From the IMG/VR virus record IMGVR_UViG_3300038393_000457, positions 1 to 64,000 of that record: a DNA stretch of 64,000 nt; one strand, 5' to 3'. The position numbers and the translations under genes are program-made. Positions 1 to 9,230 of this stretch are shown here, piece by piece. Numbering within the stretch: the first letter of the stretch is position 1; the number at the start of each line of letters is the position of its first letter. The notes beneath the pieces are model-generated. The model was not told the origin of the DNA. It worked only from the letters and a program-made list of their open reading frames with translations, and made no database searches. The DNA is from a virus (lineage: Duplodnaviria; Caudoviricetes).

Positions 1-46
1 CTGCTGCTTTCGGGCACGGTGGGTTCGAACCCCACACTTCCAACCA
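1..46 (+). tRNA. 3' part of a class II tRNA (Tyr/Leu/Ser-like), truncated by the window edge
   Basis: variable arm gctttcgggc, T-arm gtggg-ttcgaac-cccac, ACCA end. Confidence 0.75.
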
Positions 47-54
47 GTTTTTAT

Positions 55-126
55 GCCTTCTTAGTTCAGCGGAAGAACGTCGCTTTTACACGGCGAATGT
101 CGGTGGTTCGAACCCGCCAGAAGGTA
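55..126 (+). tRNA. trnV: tRNA-Val(TAC), no encoded CCA
   Basis: gccttct/agaaggt acceptor; tcgct-tttacac-ggcga anticodon arm; ttcgaac T-loop. Confidence 0.9.
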
Positions 127-131
127 CTTAG

Positions 132-188
132 ACCGGAAGTTTCCCTAAGTAAGCATATATAAGACTTGCTTAGAGGGAACTTCCGGTG
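132..188 (+). promoter_or_regulatory. hairpin sequestering the RBS and GTG start of the GIY-YIG gene, with late-promoter-like CTAAGTA in the 5' arm
   Basis: accggaagtttccc-taagtaag / cttgctta-gagggaacttccggt; second copy at 39381. Confidence 0.7.
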
Positions 189-827
189 TTTTTTACGATA
201 TACAAAACAACCAATAAAATTAATGGTAAATATTACCACGGTAAACATCAAACGGAGATTTTGGATGATGGTTATCTTGGTTCTGGAAGGCTTTTGCAGA
301 GAGCCATTAAGAAATATGGTTCAGAGAATTTTGTGAAAGAAATCCTGTTCATTTACGATAATGAACAAGAGATGAATGATAAAGAAAAAGAATTGGTTGA
401 AATAGGTAATCACACATACAATTTGTGTGAAGGTGGTAAAGGTGGGTTTAGTTATATTAATCGTGAAGTAATGACTACAGAAAAAAGAAAAATTTATGGT
501 TATATTAACGGTAAGAAGACAAAACCAAAAAGAGAAGGTGGTCTAAAGAATGTTTCTCTAGGATTAGGAATATGGAATCCTATCTATAAAGACAAAAGAA
601 GTTTCTGGTGTAGTAAAGCCTTTCTTGGGAAATATCATTCCGAATCTTCTAAAGAAAAAATGCGAGAAGCAAAAATAGGTAAATATACAGGCAAAAAGAA
701 TTCTCAGTATGGTACTTGTTGGATTTACCATCCACAATTAGGTAATAAGAAGATTGACAAAACAGAATTGAAGAAGTATATTGAGTTAGGTTATTCAAAA
801 GGTCGAAAGATCAAAACATCTCAATAG
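186..827 (+). CDS. Seg-like GIY-YIG homing endonuclease
   Basis: IYKTTNKINGKYYHGKH...YLGSG...AIKKYG.ENFVKEIL; NUMOD3-like C-terminal half. Confidence 0.9.
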   Translation: MFFTIYKTTNKINGKYYHGKHQTEILDDGYLGSGRLLQRAIKKYGSENFVKEILFIYDNEQEMNDKEKELVEIGNHTYNLCEGGKGGFSYINREVMTTEKRKIYGYINGKKTKPKREGGLKNVSLGLGIWNPIYKDKRSFWCSKAFLGKYHSESSKEKMREAKIGKYTGKKNSQYGTCWIYHPQLGNKKIDKTELKKYIELGYSKGRKIKTSQ

Positions 828-934
828 AGGTTATCATGATCGAAGCATTGTGTTGGATTGTTTTCTTTGGTATCCCAGCGGCTGTTCTTTATTTCGGTAT
901 CCGTTACCGAAAGAACCGTCAAGGATACTAAGTT

Positions 935-1032
935 CCTGAGGTAGCTCAATTGGCTAGAGCGTTGAAAGCTTGAACGGATGTTCGATTAAAGTGATTAGAA
1001 GGTTGGGGGTTCGAGTCCTCCCTTCGGGGCCA
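935..1032 (+). tRNA. tRNA-like RNA with expanded anticodon arm and no assignable anticodon
   Basis: cctgagg/cttcggg acceptor + GCCA, canonical D and T arms, about 22 extra nt in the anticodon region. Confidence 0.65.
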
Positions 1033-1045
1033 TAATTTGATTTGT

Positions 1046-1167
1046 GTCGTGATAGCTTAAATGGTAATAGAGCACGCAAGTATTGGAACTGGTTGCAACC
1101 GCCATATAGCTTGTATGGTTTAATGATCCGAGAAAGTGGTATCCAAGTTCGATCCTTGGTCGCGACA
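1046..1167 (+). tRNA. 122-nt tRNA-like RNA with greatly expanded anticodon/variable region
   Basis: gtcgtga/tcgcgac acceptor, D arm gctt..gagc, T arm ccaag-ttcgatc-cttgg; no CCA. Confidence 0.65.
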
Positions 1168-1175
1168 GGAATTTA

Positions 1176-1250
1176 GTCCATCGAGTAGGTTGGGAATACG
1201 TCTGGTCGACATCCAGAAGAGGCAAGGTTCGATTCCTTGGATGGGCACCA
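1176..1250 (+). tRNA. trnV: tRNA-Val(GAC), C33 variant
   Basis: tctgg-tcgacat-ccaga; gtccatc/gatgggc; ACCA. Confidence 0.8.
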
Positions 1251-1262
1251 GATTTTGAGATA

Positions 1263-1336
1263 CGGAGTATAGGATAATTTGGCATTCCGCATGGTTTGGG
1301 ACCATGAGACTCACAGTTCGAATCTGTGTACTCCGA
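1263..1336 (+). tRNA. trnP: tRNA-Pro(TGG)
   Basis: catgg-tttggga-ccatg; cggagta/tactccg. Confidence 0.9.
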
Positions 1337-1365
1337 CATTGAGCAATGATGAATTGTTCCACAAG

Positions 1366-1397
1366 AAACAGCGGACCCTTGAGGTCCGCTGTTTTTA
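1366..1397. terminator. intrinsic (likely bidirectional) terminator
   Basis: aaacagcggacc-cttga-ggtccgctgttttt. Confidence 0.75.
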
Positions 1398-1430
1398 TGT
1401 TATACTAAGTCAATTCGTTATGAGGTTTAT

Positions 1431-2021
1431 ATGAAGGTCACTCTGACAATATATGTCCACGATGAACGAAAATTGTTTCATGTGGCAGTTAATAAAGTTG
1501 GTACTACCGCCCATATAGGATGGGAGAATGCGGCTTCTCATGCTCGTGGAATGTATGAGAGAGGTATAGTTGGTAGAGCATGTGATGGTATTGTAATTGC
1601 ACTGATCAATACCAATTACACTGGATGGAAGAACGTTTTTCTGAAAAATGAATTCGATAAAGAATCTTTGGAATATCTCAATAAAAAACTTGAGGTAATT
1701 GAATATTGGGAAAAGAATGGTTATACCAATGTTGGTGTAAGATTGCATGTTTCCAATGGCCATGGTACAAGCGAAATTCCTGCCGGTTGGACTAGGAAAT
1801 TTAATGTTTCGAATATGCCTAAGAAAAAGATTTATGAAAAGATTAATTTCATTAATCGTAGTTTGCAAATGGATATCCCAGACAAGGTGAAAAATCTAGC
1901 ATATCGTGAAGTTGTTTCAATTCGACCAACAATCAATTTTATTATCGATGATATGATTTCCCTTCTCCGGTTTGTTCGTATTAAAATGGGTCTTGAAACA
2001 AATCTTTCTTTGGCAGCTTAA
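1431..2021 (+). CDS. hypothetical protein
   Basis: 196-aa ORF with RBS (gaggt). Confidence 0.6.
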   Translation: MKVTLTIYVHDERKLFHVAVNKVGTTAHIGWENAASHARGMYERGIVGRACDGIVIALINTNYTGWKNVFLKNEFDKESLEYLNKKLEVIEYWEKNGYTNVGVRLHVSNGHGTSEIPAGWTRKFNVSNMPKKKIYEKINFINRSLQMDIPDKVKNLAYREVVSIRPTINFIIDDMISLLRFVRIKMGLETNLSLAA

Positions 2022-2030
2022 GGATTAAGG

Positions 2031-2618
2031 ATGTTTGGAATGGGTAAGAAAAAGGAACGTATCCGTCAGCTTGAAGAGTTGGCGGCAGATATGCATCAAA
2101 TTTTTGGGGCAATGGCTTTCGAGCTTGGTATCTTTAATACCAAGACCGCGACATTGATTCTCGATAAGTTGTCCGCAGCATCGAATAGCCTTGAACTGCC
2201 GGATACCGATCTGCTTCCATTTGATCCTATGCACGTATTGATGGTTGATCAGCGTAAGAGCAAACATTGGGGATACCATGCGGTCTTTGATTGTCGTGGT
2301 GGTGCTCTTGAGGTGATCACAAATGGATCAATGATCCAGAAATTCATTCGTGAGCTTGTCAACAAGATCGACATGAAGGCTTATGGTGAACCTGTGTTGG
2401 AACATTTTGCAACACATGATCCCGACAAGGGTGGCTATACTGTGATGCAGATGATTGAAACATCGTCAATCACGGGACATTTCGTAGACAAGACAGGTGA
2501 TTTCTATCTTGATGTATTTTCTTGCAAACCATTTGATCTTGAAATTTGCCAGGTCTACATCGATGATTTCTTCAAGCCAAAGAATATTTCATCTCGTTTC
2601 ATCAAGAGGCAAGCATGA
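2031..2618 (+). CDS. speD: S-adenosylmethionine decarboxylase proenzyme with N-terminal extension
   Basis: WGYHAVFDC...QMIETSSITGHF...YLDVFSCKPFD (pyruvoyl AdoMetDC family). Confidence 0.85.
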   Translation: MFGMGKKKERIRQLEELAADMHQIFGAMAFELGIFNTKTATLILDKLSAASNSLELPDTDLLPFDPMHVLMVDQRKSKHWGYHAVFDCRGGALEVITNGSMIQKFIRELVNKIDMKAYGEPVLEHFATHDPDKGGYTVMQMIETSSITGHFVDKTGDFYLDVFSCKPFDLEICQVYIDDFFKPKNISSRFIKRQA

Positions 2619-2866
2619 GCGATCTTGATAAACCTAGAAAGCTGATTGATTGGAAGCTTTACAAAAAGACAGATACCCATGAAATCTATATGGGATTTGA
2701 TCCGAATAAGAACGAATATTTGGCGGCATCTGATGGACCACCGTATTTCTATTTTGTTGGTGGAACACTAGATGATGTTACAAAACAAGTAAATCTAGCC
2801 ACGGAATTTTATAAGAAATATAAGGCTGAGAAAGATGCCACTGACAGTAAAAATTCCACCTCTTGA
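2615..2866 (+). CDS. hypothetical protein
   Basis: coupled ORF (ATGA overlap). Confidence 0.55.
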   Translation: MSDLDKPRKLIDWKLYKKTDTHEIYMGFDPNKNEYLAASDGPPYFYFVGGTLDDVTKQVNLATEFYKKYKAEKDATDSKNSTS

Positions 2867-3605
2867 ATCGATTGCTCATATCACGATTTTGAATAAAGTT
2901 TGTCTAAATGAATTTAATCCTTTTGTTTCAACCATATCACATTCATTAGGATATGATTTGGATCGGATAGCTGAAATATTAAACATCTCCTATCCGAATC
3001 TATCATTTACTATTGGGTTTGAGGAATTCGAATTCAATGGTATTGATTCCAGAGACAATATTGATCATGTGATTCTGCATAATATCTCGGAACGTATCAA
3101 GATGATATTCTATGGTATCCAAGAATATTCACTGCACAATTATCCAACTATCATTTCTGGTGGGTTCTTGTCGGATATGATTTGGAGATTTTTTATTGGA
3201 TCACCTGATAAATCTCATAATACTGATATCGATTTCTTTATCTATGGTGATAAGTTAAATATGAAGAGTCTGAAGCAACATCCAGATTATTATCTATCTT
3301 CTAAAGATTATGGTCAAATAATAGATTTTGCTTCTTACTATCACAATGAGAAATTTTCTCCAGAAACTCAGTGGGGAGAATTGAATGTAATTGTCACGGA
3401 AAAGAAGGACCCATTTGAAATCGTTTCAAAATTCGATTTTGAACATTGTAAGCCATTTTGGTCAAACCAAGACAATAAATTGTATATCAGCCCCGAACAA
3501 CTCGACCTTATCAAAAATAAAAGACTATATTGGAGTGATATTGAGCCCAGTGAAGAGAGAATGCAGAAATATATAGCTAGAGGATGGACGCCATGCAGAC
3601 ATTGA
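2835..3605 (+). CDS. Pol-beta superfamily nucleotidyltransferase (CCA/poly(A)-polymerase-like head domain)
   Basis: ISGGFLSD...TDIDFF and FDFEHC motifs. Confidence 0.6.
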   Translation: MPLTVKIPPLESIAHITILNKVCLNEFNPFVSTISHSLGYDLDRIAEILNISYPNLSFTIGFEEFEFNGIDSRDNIDHVILHNISERIKMIFYGIQEYSLHNYPTIISGGFLSDMIWRFFIGSPDKSHNTDIDFFIYGDKLNMKSLKQHPDYYLSSKDYGQIIDFASYYHNEKFSPETQWGELNVIVTEKKDPFEIVSKFDFEHCKPFWSNQDNKLYISPEQLDLIKNKRLYWSDIEPSEERMQKYIARGWTPCRH

Positions 3606-4333
3606 GAGAGATATTCAGTTCTTTGGATAAACTTTGTGATAAGTGGGAACCCTATTTCCCGGTCTATGAAACATGGTTTTCGAGGTTTCGTAACCAGGCA
3701 CCACGAATTTTGGAAATTGGTGTCTATAAGGGTGGTTCAGCCGAAATGTGGTTGAAATATTTTGGTAATGGTACAACGATTACTGGAATCGATATTAATC
3801 CAGATTGCGCACAATATCAAACAGATTATTTAGATATTATTATTGGCGATTCTGGAGATTTAAATTTCTGGATGAATAAGCCGCAATTATTGAATAGGAA
3901 ATTTGATATCATCATTGATGATGGTGGTCATCATATGGACCAACAGATTTTCACTCTTCAGCGCACATGGCCAATGTTAAATGAAGGTGGGGTTTATCTC
4001 TGTGAAGATACTCACACTTCATATTGGGATCATTGGCCTAATTCTGGGTATGGAAAAGCTTCCAGTTTCATGGAATATTCAAAGGGCATTATCGACGGTT
4101 TGAATGCTGATCATACCACCAAGGGTCCTGATGGGGAAACATTCCAGGGTCCCATCATCAAAAGACCACTCGGAAATACTGTTGGCGGAATCCATTATTA
4201 TGATTCCATGGTTGTTCTTGAGAAGAAAACTCCACTTCCTTTCAAGCGAGTATTCAGCAAGACTCCAGAAACTATGACACCGGAATTGATTTCCGAGCTA
4301 TCTAGTGATACAATACTAACATTCAAAACCTGA
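3584..4333 (+). CDS. class I SAM-dependent methyltransferase (sugar O-methyltransferase-like)
   Basis: ILEIGVYKGGS, GIDINP, IIIDDGGH motifs. Confidence 0.85.
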   Translation: MDAMQTLREIFSSLDKLCDKWEPYFPVYETWFSRFRNQAPRILEIGVYKGGSAEMWLKYFGNGTTITGIDINPDCAQYQTDYLDIIIGDSGDLNFWMNKPQLLNRKFDIIIDDGGHHMDQQIFTLQRTWPMLNEGGVYLCEDTHTSYWDHWPNSGYGKASSFMEYSKGIIDGLNADHTTKGPDGETFQGPIIKRPLGNTVGGIHYYDSMVVLEKKTPLPFKRVFSKTPETMTPELISELSSDTILTFKT

Positions 4334-4340
4334 GGATAAT

Positions 4341-4658
4341 ATGGACAAGAAGATTGTTGTTGTAAGAATGCTTACTGGTGAGGAATTGCTTACTACTCAT
4401 GTAGGAACAGATTCCGATACGTTTGAATTTCATAATACGATTCAGTTGATGGCGGGAAATATTCCTGATCCTCGTTCTGGTAAGGCTCAATCACTTGGTT
4501 TGCTGCCATGGATGACTTATACCAATGCTAGAGAGAAGGTGTATATCAACAAGAATGCTGTTGCATTCATGGCTGATCCAGCTGATTCTCTTCGTGTCGA
4601 ATATCAGAAGGCTACAGGTAGTATTGTCACACCAAAGACTGGATTGATCCTTCCTTAA
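4341..4658 (+). CDS. conserved T4-like phage protein upstream of gp43
   Basis: VVRMLTGEELL N-terminus, typical position. Confidence 0.55.
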   Translation: MDKKIVVVRMLTGEELLTTHVGTDSDTFEFHNTIQLMAGNIPDPRSGKAQSLGLLPWMTYTNAREKVYINKNAVAFMADPADSLRVEYQKATGSIVTPKTGLILP

Positions 4659-7171
4659 TGTCAGATTCCCAGTATACCTCAGTCGAGGTTGATAGAAATA
4701 AGATTTGTTACCGTGGTAGGGATGAAGAGGGGCGGGAAATCCGGAAACAGGTTTCCTATCGCCCCTCTTTGTTTGTTCCAGCGGAACTTGGTCATCATAA
4801 GACCTATGAAGGTCAACCATTAGCTCGTATTGAGTTTAATGGTATCAAAGAAGCACGTGAATACGTAAAACGGTATTCTGAAATTGGCAACTTTGATTTC
4901 TACGGTAACACCAACTATCAGTATGCATTCATTTCAGATGTTTTCACCGGTAAAATCCCTTGGGATGCTCGCCGTATTTCTGTATGGAAAATCGATATTG
5001 AAGTTGGATCAGAAAATGGTTTTCCTGATCCCGCATTTGCGTCGGAAGAAATTACTGGCATAACGATCAAGACGAATACCGATATTGTATGCTTTGGATG
5101 CGGCAATTTCACACCAAAGAATGGTGAAATCTATATCAAGTGTCGCGATGAATATGATCTAATCGAGAAGTTTATCCAGTATTGGGAAAAGAAGACACCA
5201 GACGTGGTGACAGGTTGGAATATTCGTTTCTTCGATATTCCTTATATTATCAATCGCATCAAGAGACTGACAAGCGAAGATAACGTAAAGCGTCTGTCTC
5301 CATGGAGGAACATCCGTCAACGTGAATTGACGATGTTGAACAAACAGAGTCAAGTCTATGAAATCCTTGGCATATCGGTTCTGGACTATATTGATTTGTA
5401 TCGTAAATTCGCAAAAGATGGTACATCTCGCGAATCATACGCTCTTGGCTATATCGCTCAACTAGAAATCGGTAAAACCAAGCTTGAAGGAACTGACGAG
5501 GCTGCAGCTTACACGCTTTACAAGACCGATTTCCAGAAATTCATGGAGTACAACATCCAAGACGTGATGTTGATCCAGTGGTTAGACGATAAGCTTAAGC
5601 TTCTGGAATTAGCATTCCAGATGGCTTATACAGCCAAATGTAATTTTGACGATGTTCTGTTTCAGACTCGTATGTGGGATTGCCTTGTTTTCAATCAATT
5701 CGTGGAAGATAAGATTGCAATGCCTCAGAACAAGCGGTCAGAGAAGACGGCCTTTGAAGGTGCATTCGTTAAACCACCTCAAGTTGGTATGTTCAAGTGG
5801 CTTACATCTTGGGACTTGACGTCCCTGTATCCTCATTTGATCATGCAATATGGAATCTCACCAGAGATGATATTCAACAGTGCTGATCCCGAATTGATTA
5901 AGATCAAGGGATCAGTTTCTGTTGAAGTTCTACTTGGACAGCAAATTGATCTTTCACCACTAAAGAAACATAATGTTTGTGTAACACCCAATGGTATGTT
6001 CTTTAGAACTGATCGTGGTATGGGCTTTATGCCAAAGCTCATGCATCGCATGTTCAACACTCGTAAGCAAGCAAAAGACGAAATGTTGAAATTGCAACAA
6101 AAACTTGAAACGTGTGATCCAAACGAAAAATCCGCACTAGAGTCGAAAATTGCAAGTCTTGATAATCTTCAATTGGCAATCAAGGTAACTCTTAATTCGG
6201 CATATGGTAGTTTCTCAAATCCTGGGTTTAGATTCTATGATTATAGAATTGGTCAAGCTATCACAAGTGCGGGTCAATTGTCGGTCCTTTGGTCTCAAAC
6301 CAACATCAATAGGTTCCTGAATGATTCTATGAAGACGGTATCCGAACGCGACTTTATTGTGGCATCTGATACTGATTCAATGTATATTGACATGGGTGAT
6401 ATCCTCAAGAAATTCTTTGGCATCAGCAACGATGTTCAAGAGAATATCAAGAATATCGACATGATTTGTAAGAAGGTATTGGCCCCCAAGATCAACAGTA
6501 TCTTCGAGGAACTTAAGGAATACACAAACGCTTATGAACAGAAAATGATCATGAAGCGTGAAGTTATTGCGGATATTGGTATTTGGACTTCAAAGAAACA
6601 CTATATTTTGAACATCTGGAATTCTGAAGGTGTTCAATATAAGGAGCCAAAGCTCAAGATCGTTGGTCTTGAAGCAGTGAAAGCATCGGCATATCCTAAA
6701 ATATGCCGAGAAGCAATGAAGAAAATCTTCAAGGAACTTGTAACTTCTCAATCAGAGGAGAAGGTGCAGGAAATGATTGCAAACTTCAAAGGTGAATTCT
6801 TCAAGATGCCATTGCAGGATATAGCAACTCCTCGTGGTGTAAGTGATGTTTCGGGATTTGTTGGACAGACAAAATCTGTTCCTATCCATGTCAAGGCTGC
6901 ACTCATTCACAATGAACTAATTAAGAAGAAGGGATTGACCAAAGAAATTAGAGAAATCAAGGACGGAGAAAAGCTAAAGTTTGCATATCTGAAGTTTCCT
7001 AATCCCATGCAAGCTCATGTGTGTGCGTTTCAGAACAAGCCACATAAGGCATTGGAATTAGAACAATGGGTAGATTATAATATGCAATACGAGAAGATGT
7101 TTCTTGGTCCCATGAATAATGTTTTGAATGTGATTGGTTGGTCGTCAGAAGCAAGGAATACATTATGGTAA
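4658..7171 (+). CDS. 43: family B DNA polymerase (T4 gp43-like)
   Basis: DIEV exonuclease, SWDLTSLYPH, KVTLNSAYG, SDTDS, C-terminal clamp-binding W. Confidence 0.98.
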   Translation: MSDSQYTSVEVDRNKICYRGRDEEGREIRKQVSYRPSLFVPAELGHHKTYEGQPLARIEFNGIKEAREYVKRYSEIGNFDFYGNTNYQYAFISDVFTGKIPWDARRISVWKIDIEVGSENGFPDPAFASEEITGITIKTNTDIVCFGCGNFTPKNGEIYIKCRDEYDLIEKFIQYWEKKTPDVVTGWNIRFFDIPYIINRIKRLTSEDNVKRLSPWRNIRQRELTMLNKQSQVYEILGISVLDYIDLYRKFAKDGTSRESYALGYIAQLEIGKTKLEGTDEAAAYTLYKTDFQKFMEYNIQDVMLIQWLDDKLKLLELAFQMAYTAKCNFDDVLFQTRMWDCLVFNQFVEDKIAMPQNKRSEKTAFEGAFVKPPQVGMFKWLTSWDLTSLYPHLIMQYGISPEMIFNSADPELIKIKGSVSVEVLLGQQIDLSPLKKHNVCVTPNGMFFRTDRGMGFMPKLMHRMFNTRKQAKDEMLKLQQKLETCDPNEKSALESKIASLDNLQLAIKVTLNSAYGSFSNPGFRFYDYRIGQAITSAGQLSVLWSQTNINRFLNDSMKTVSERDFIVASDTDSMYIDMGDILKKFFGISNDVQENIKNIDMICKKVLAPKINSIFEELKEYTNAYEQKMIMKREVIADIGIWTSKKHYILNIWNSEGVQYKEPKLKIVGLEAVKASAYPKICREAMKKIFKELVTSQSEEKVQEMIANFKGEFFKMPLQDIATPRGVSDVSGFVGQTKSVPIHVKAALIHNELIKKKGLTKEIREIKDGEKLKFAYLKFPNPMQAHVCAFQNKPHKALELEQWVDYNMQYEKMFLGPMNNVLNVIGWSSEARNTLW

Positions 7172-7286
7172 AGATGCCAGAAGAAGATCGTGAAGAATTA
7201 CAGGTTCGTGATGAAGCATCGCGAGGTAATATGGATTGGCTACCAGAAACAGAAAGAATTGGTAGCATGATAGATTTTGATCACAC

Positions 7287-8591
7287 ATGGGACGGATTGT
7301 CATGATAAAATGGGAATTGAAAGAGGGTGACTGTCTAAAAGTAATGGAACAAATGATCAAGGATGGTATTAAAGTACATTCGGTGGTAACGGATGCTCCT
7401 TACCATCTAGCAAGTATTGTAAAGAGATTCGGAAAGGAAGGATCCGCACCAACAGTAGATGAAGGTGTATTCCGTCGTTCATCTAAAGGCTTCATGGGCA
7501 AGGAATGGGATGGTGGCGACATTGCTTTCCGCAAAGAGACTTGGGAGCTATGTCATGAATTATTGTTGCCTGGCGGACATTTGTTGGCGTTTGCGGCAAC
7601 AAAGAATTATCATAGAATGGCAGTAGCGATTGAAGATGCAGGATTTGAAATCCGTGATCAAATAGGGTGGGTCTACGCAACCGGATTCCCCAAATCACAT
7701 GATATTAGTAAGGATATTGATAAAATGTCGGGAATTGGGAGAGAAAATAAATTTGAAGGTCTAGGTAGAGGATATTCTGGTCCATCAGGAAATAAACGTT
7801 GTGAAATCTGCAATAAATGGTTGGTTAGTGGCAATCCATGTAGATGTCCTCGACCACAAGACAAATCACAATCCGAATATGCTAAAAAATGGGAAGGTTG
7901 GGGAACTGCACTCAAGCCAGCATGGGAGCCTATTTGTGTTGCTCGCAAGGCATTGGAAGAAAATACAATTGCTAAGAACGTTCTTAAGTATGGAACAGGT
8001 GGATTGAATATAGATGATTGTAGAATTTCAACAGATGAAATGATAACTAACCATTCTAGAGGTCATGAGTCATCAAAAAGTAAAGGTATATATGGTGATA
8101 GTAAACAACAGGAAACTCACCAAACAGAAGGGCAAAGCCTTGGTCGTTGGCCCGCCAATGTGATTCATGATGGATCAGATGAAGTGATTGATGCATTTCC
8201 TATTTCCAATAGTACAAGGATTAATAATCCAAACAATAATATCGGAAAAGGAAATCATGATGCAACATCTTTTTCATTGGCTGCTGAACGCGAATATATT
8301 GATTATCGTGATTCTGGTTCTGCCGCTCGTTTCTTTTATTCTGCCAAAGCGTCTAAGGAAGAACGTAATGGATCAAAGCACCCAACTGTCAAGCCAGTAG
8401 CTTTGATGCGCTATCTCGTTCGTCTGGTTACACCTAAAGATGGTATTGTGCTTGATCCGTTTTGTGGAACAGGAACAACACTAGAGGCCGCATATCTGGA
8501 AGATATTCAATCTATTGGTATTGAACGTGATCCAGAATATGCACAAGATATTCGAAAGCGCATGTCTAAATTTGCAGGAGCATTGTTCTAA
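7287..8591 (+). CDS. beta-class N6-A/N4-C DNA methyltransferase with DAPY variant motif
   Basis: VTDAPY, HPTVKP, DPFCGTGTT. Confidence 0.85.
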   Translation: MGRIVMIKWELKEGDCLKVMEQMIKDGIKVHSVVTDAPYHLASIVKRFGKEGSAPTVDEGVFRRSSKGFMGKEWDGGDIAFRKETWELCHELLLPGGHLLAFAATKNYHRMAVAIEDAGFEIRDQIGWVYATGFPKSHDISKDIDKMSGIGRENKFEGLGRGYSGPSGNKRCEICNKWLVSGNPCRCPRPQDKSQSEYAKKWEGWGTALKPAWEPICVARKALEENTIAKNVLKYGTGGLNIDDCRISTDEMITNHSRGHESSKSKGIYGDSKQQETHQTEGQSLGRWPANVIHDGSDEVIDAFPISNSTRINNPNNNIGKGNHDATSFSLAAEREYIDYRDSGSAARFFYSAKASKEERNGSKHPTVKPVALMRYLVRLVTPKDGIVLDPFCGTGTTLEAAYLEDIQSIGIERDPEYAQDIRKRMSKFAGALF

Positions 8592-9064
8592 TGTCAGATA
8601 ATCCATTCGATACACAACATGAAAATTGGTTCCTAAGGTTTTGTAGAAGATTTATTCTAGCCATCTTGCTATTGGTGGCATCTATGTGTATAATACTGTT
8701 GGCTGCTAATGTTTCACATGCTCATGGCTATGCAATGTGGTTCAATCAGCCATACTATGTATCGAAGAGTGGGATACATTGCTGTGGGCCGGATGATTAT
8801 AAGTATCTAGAAGAGTGGCACGCTACTGTCGTGGAAGATGAATTTGGTTATACGGTAGATGTACCGAAGCGTAAACAGATGGTTGATAATGAATTTGGTG
8901 GGCCGGTCGAAATTGAATGGCCAGCCGATCATCATTATTTTTCGAAGAAAGAAGACTATAAACACGGTCTCTACTTCACCGAAGACCCTGACAATAAATA
9001 TGTACTATGCCTATATGGAGGCAAAATTAAATGTTTGGCAGTACCAAGAAAAACTGGAATATAA
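8591..9064 (+). CDS. membrane-anchored/secreted Cys-containing protein
   Basis: hydrophobic N-terminal segment, AHA signal site, CCGPDD. Confidence 0.6.
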   Translation: MSDNPFDTQHENWFLRFCRRFILAILLLVASMCIILLAANVSHAHGYAMWFNQPYYVSKSGIHCCGPDDYKYLEEWHATVVEDEFGYTVDVPKRKQMVDNEFGGPVEIEWPADHHYFSKKEDYKHGLYFTEDPDNKYVLCLYGGKIKCLAVPRKTGI

Positions 9065-9230
9065 AGATTGAAACGAGTATATTTCGATTGGAAATTTTGG
9101 ATACCGCTTACAATCGAGATTTGATCCATGATTTAAAAGGTGTAATGGGTCTTGATCCACAAGAAGAGTATATAAAAATCATACTAACAGAAATCGAAAA
9201 ACAACTAAGAGAATATAAGGAATAATAAAA

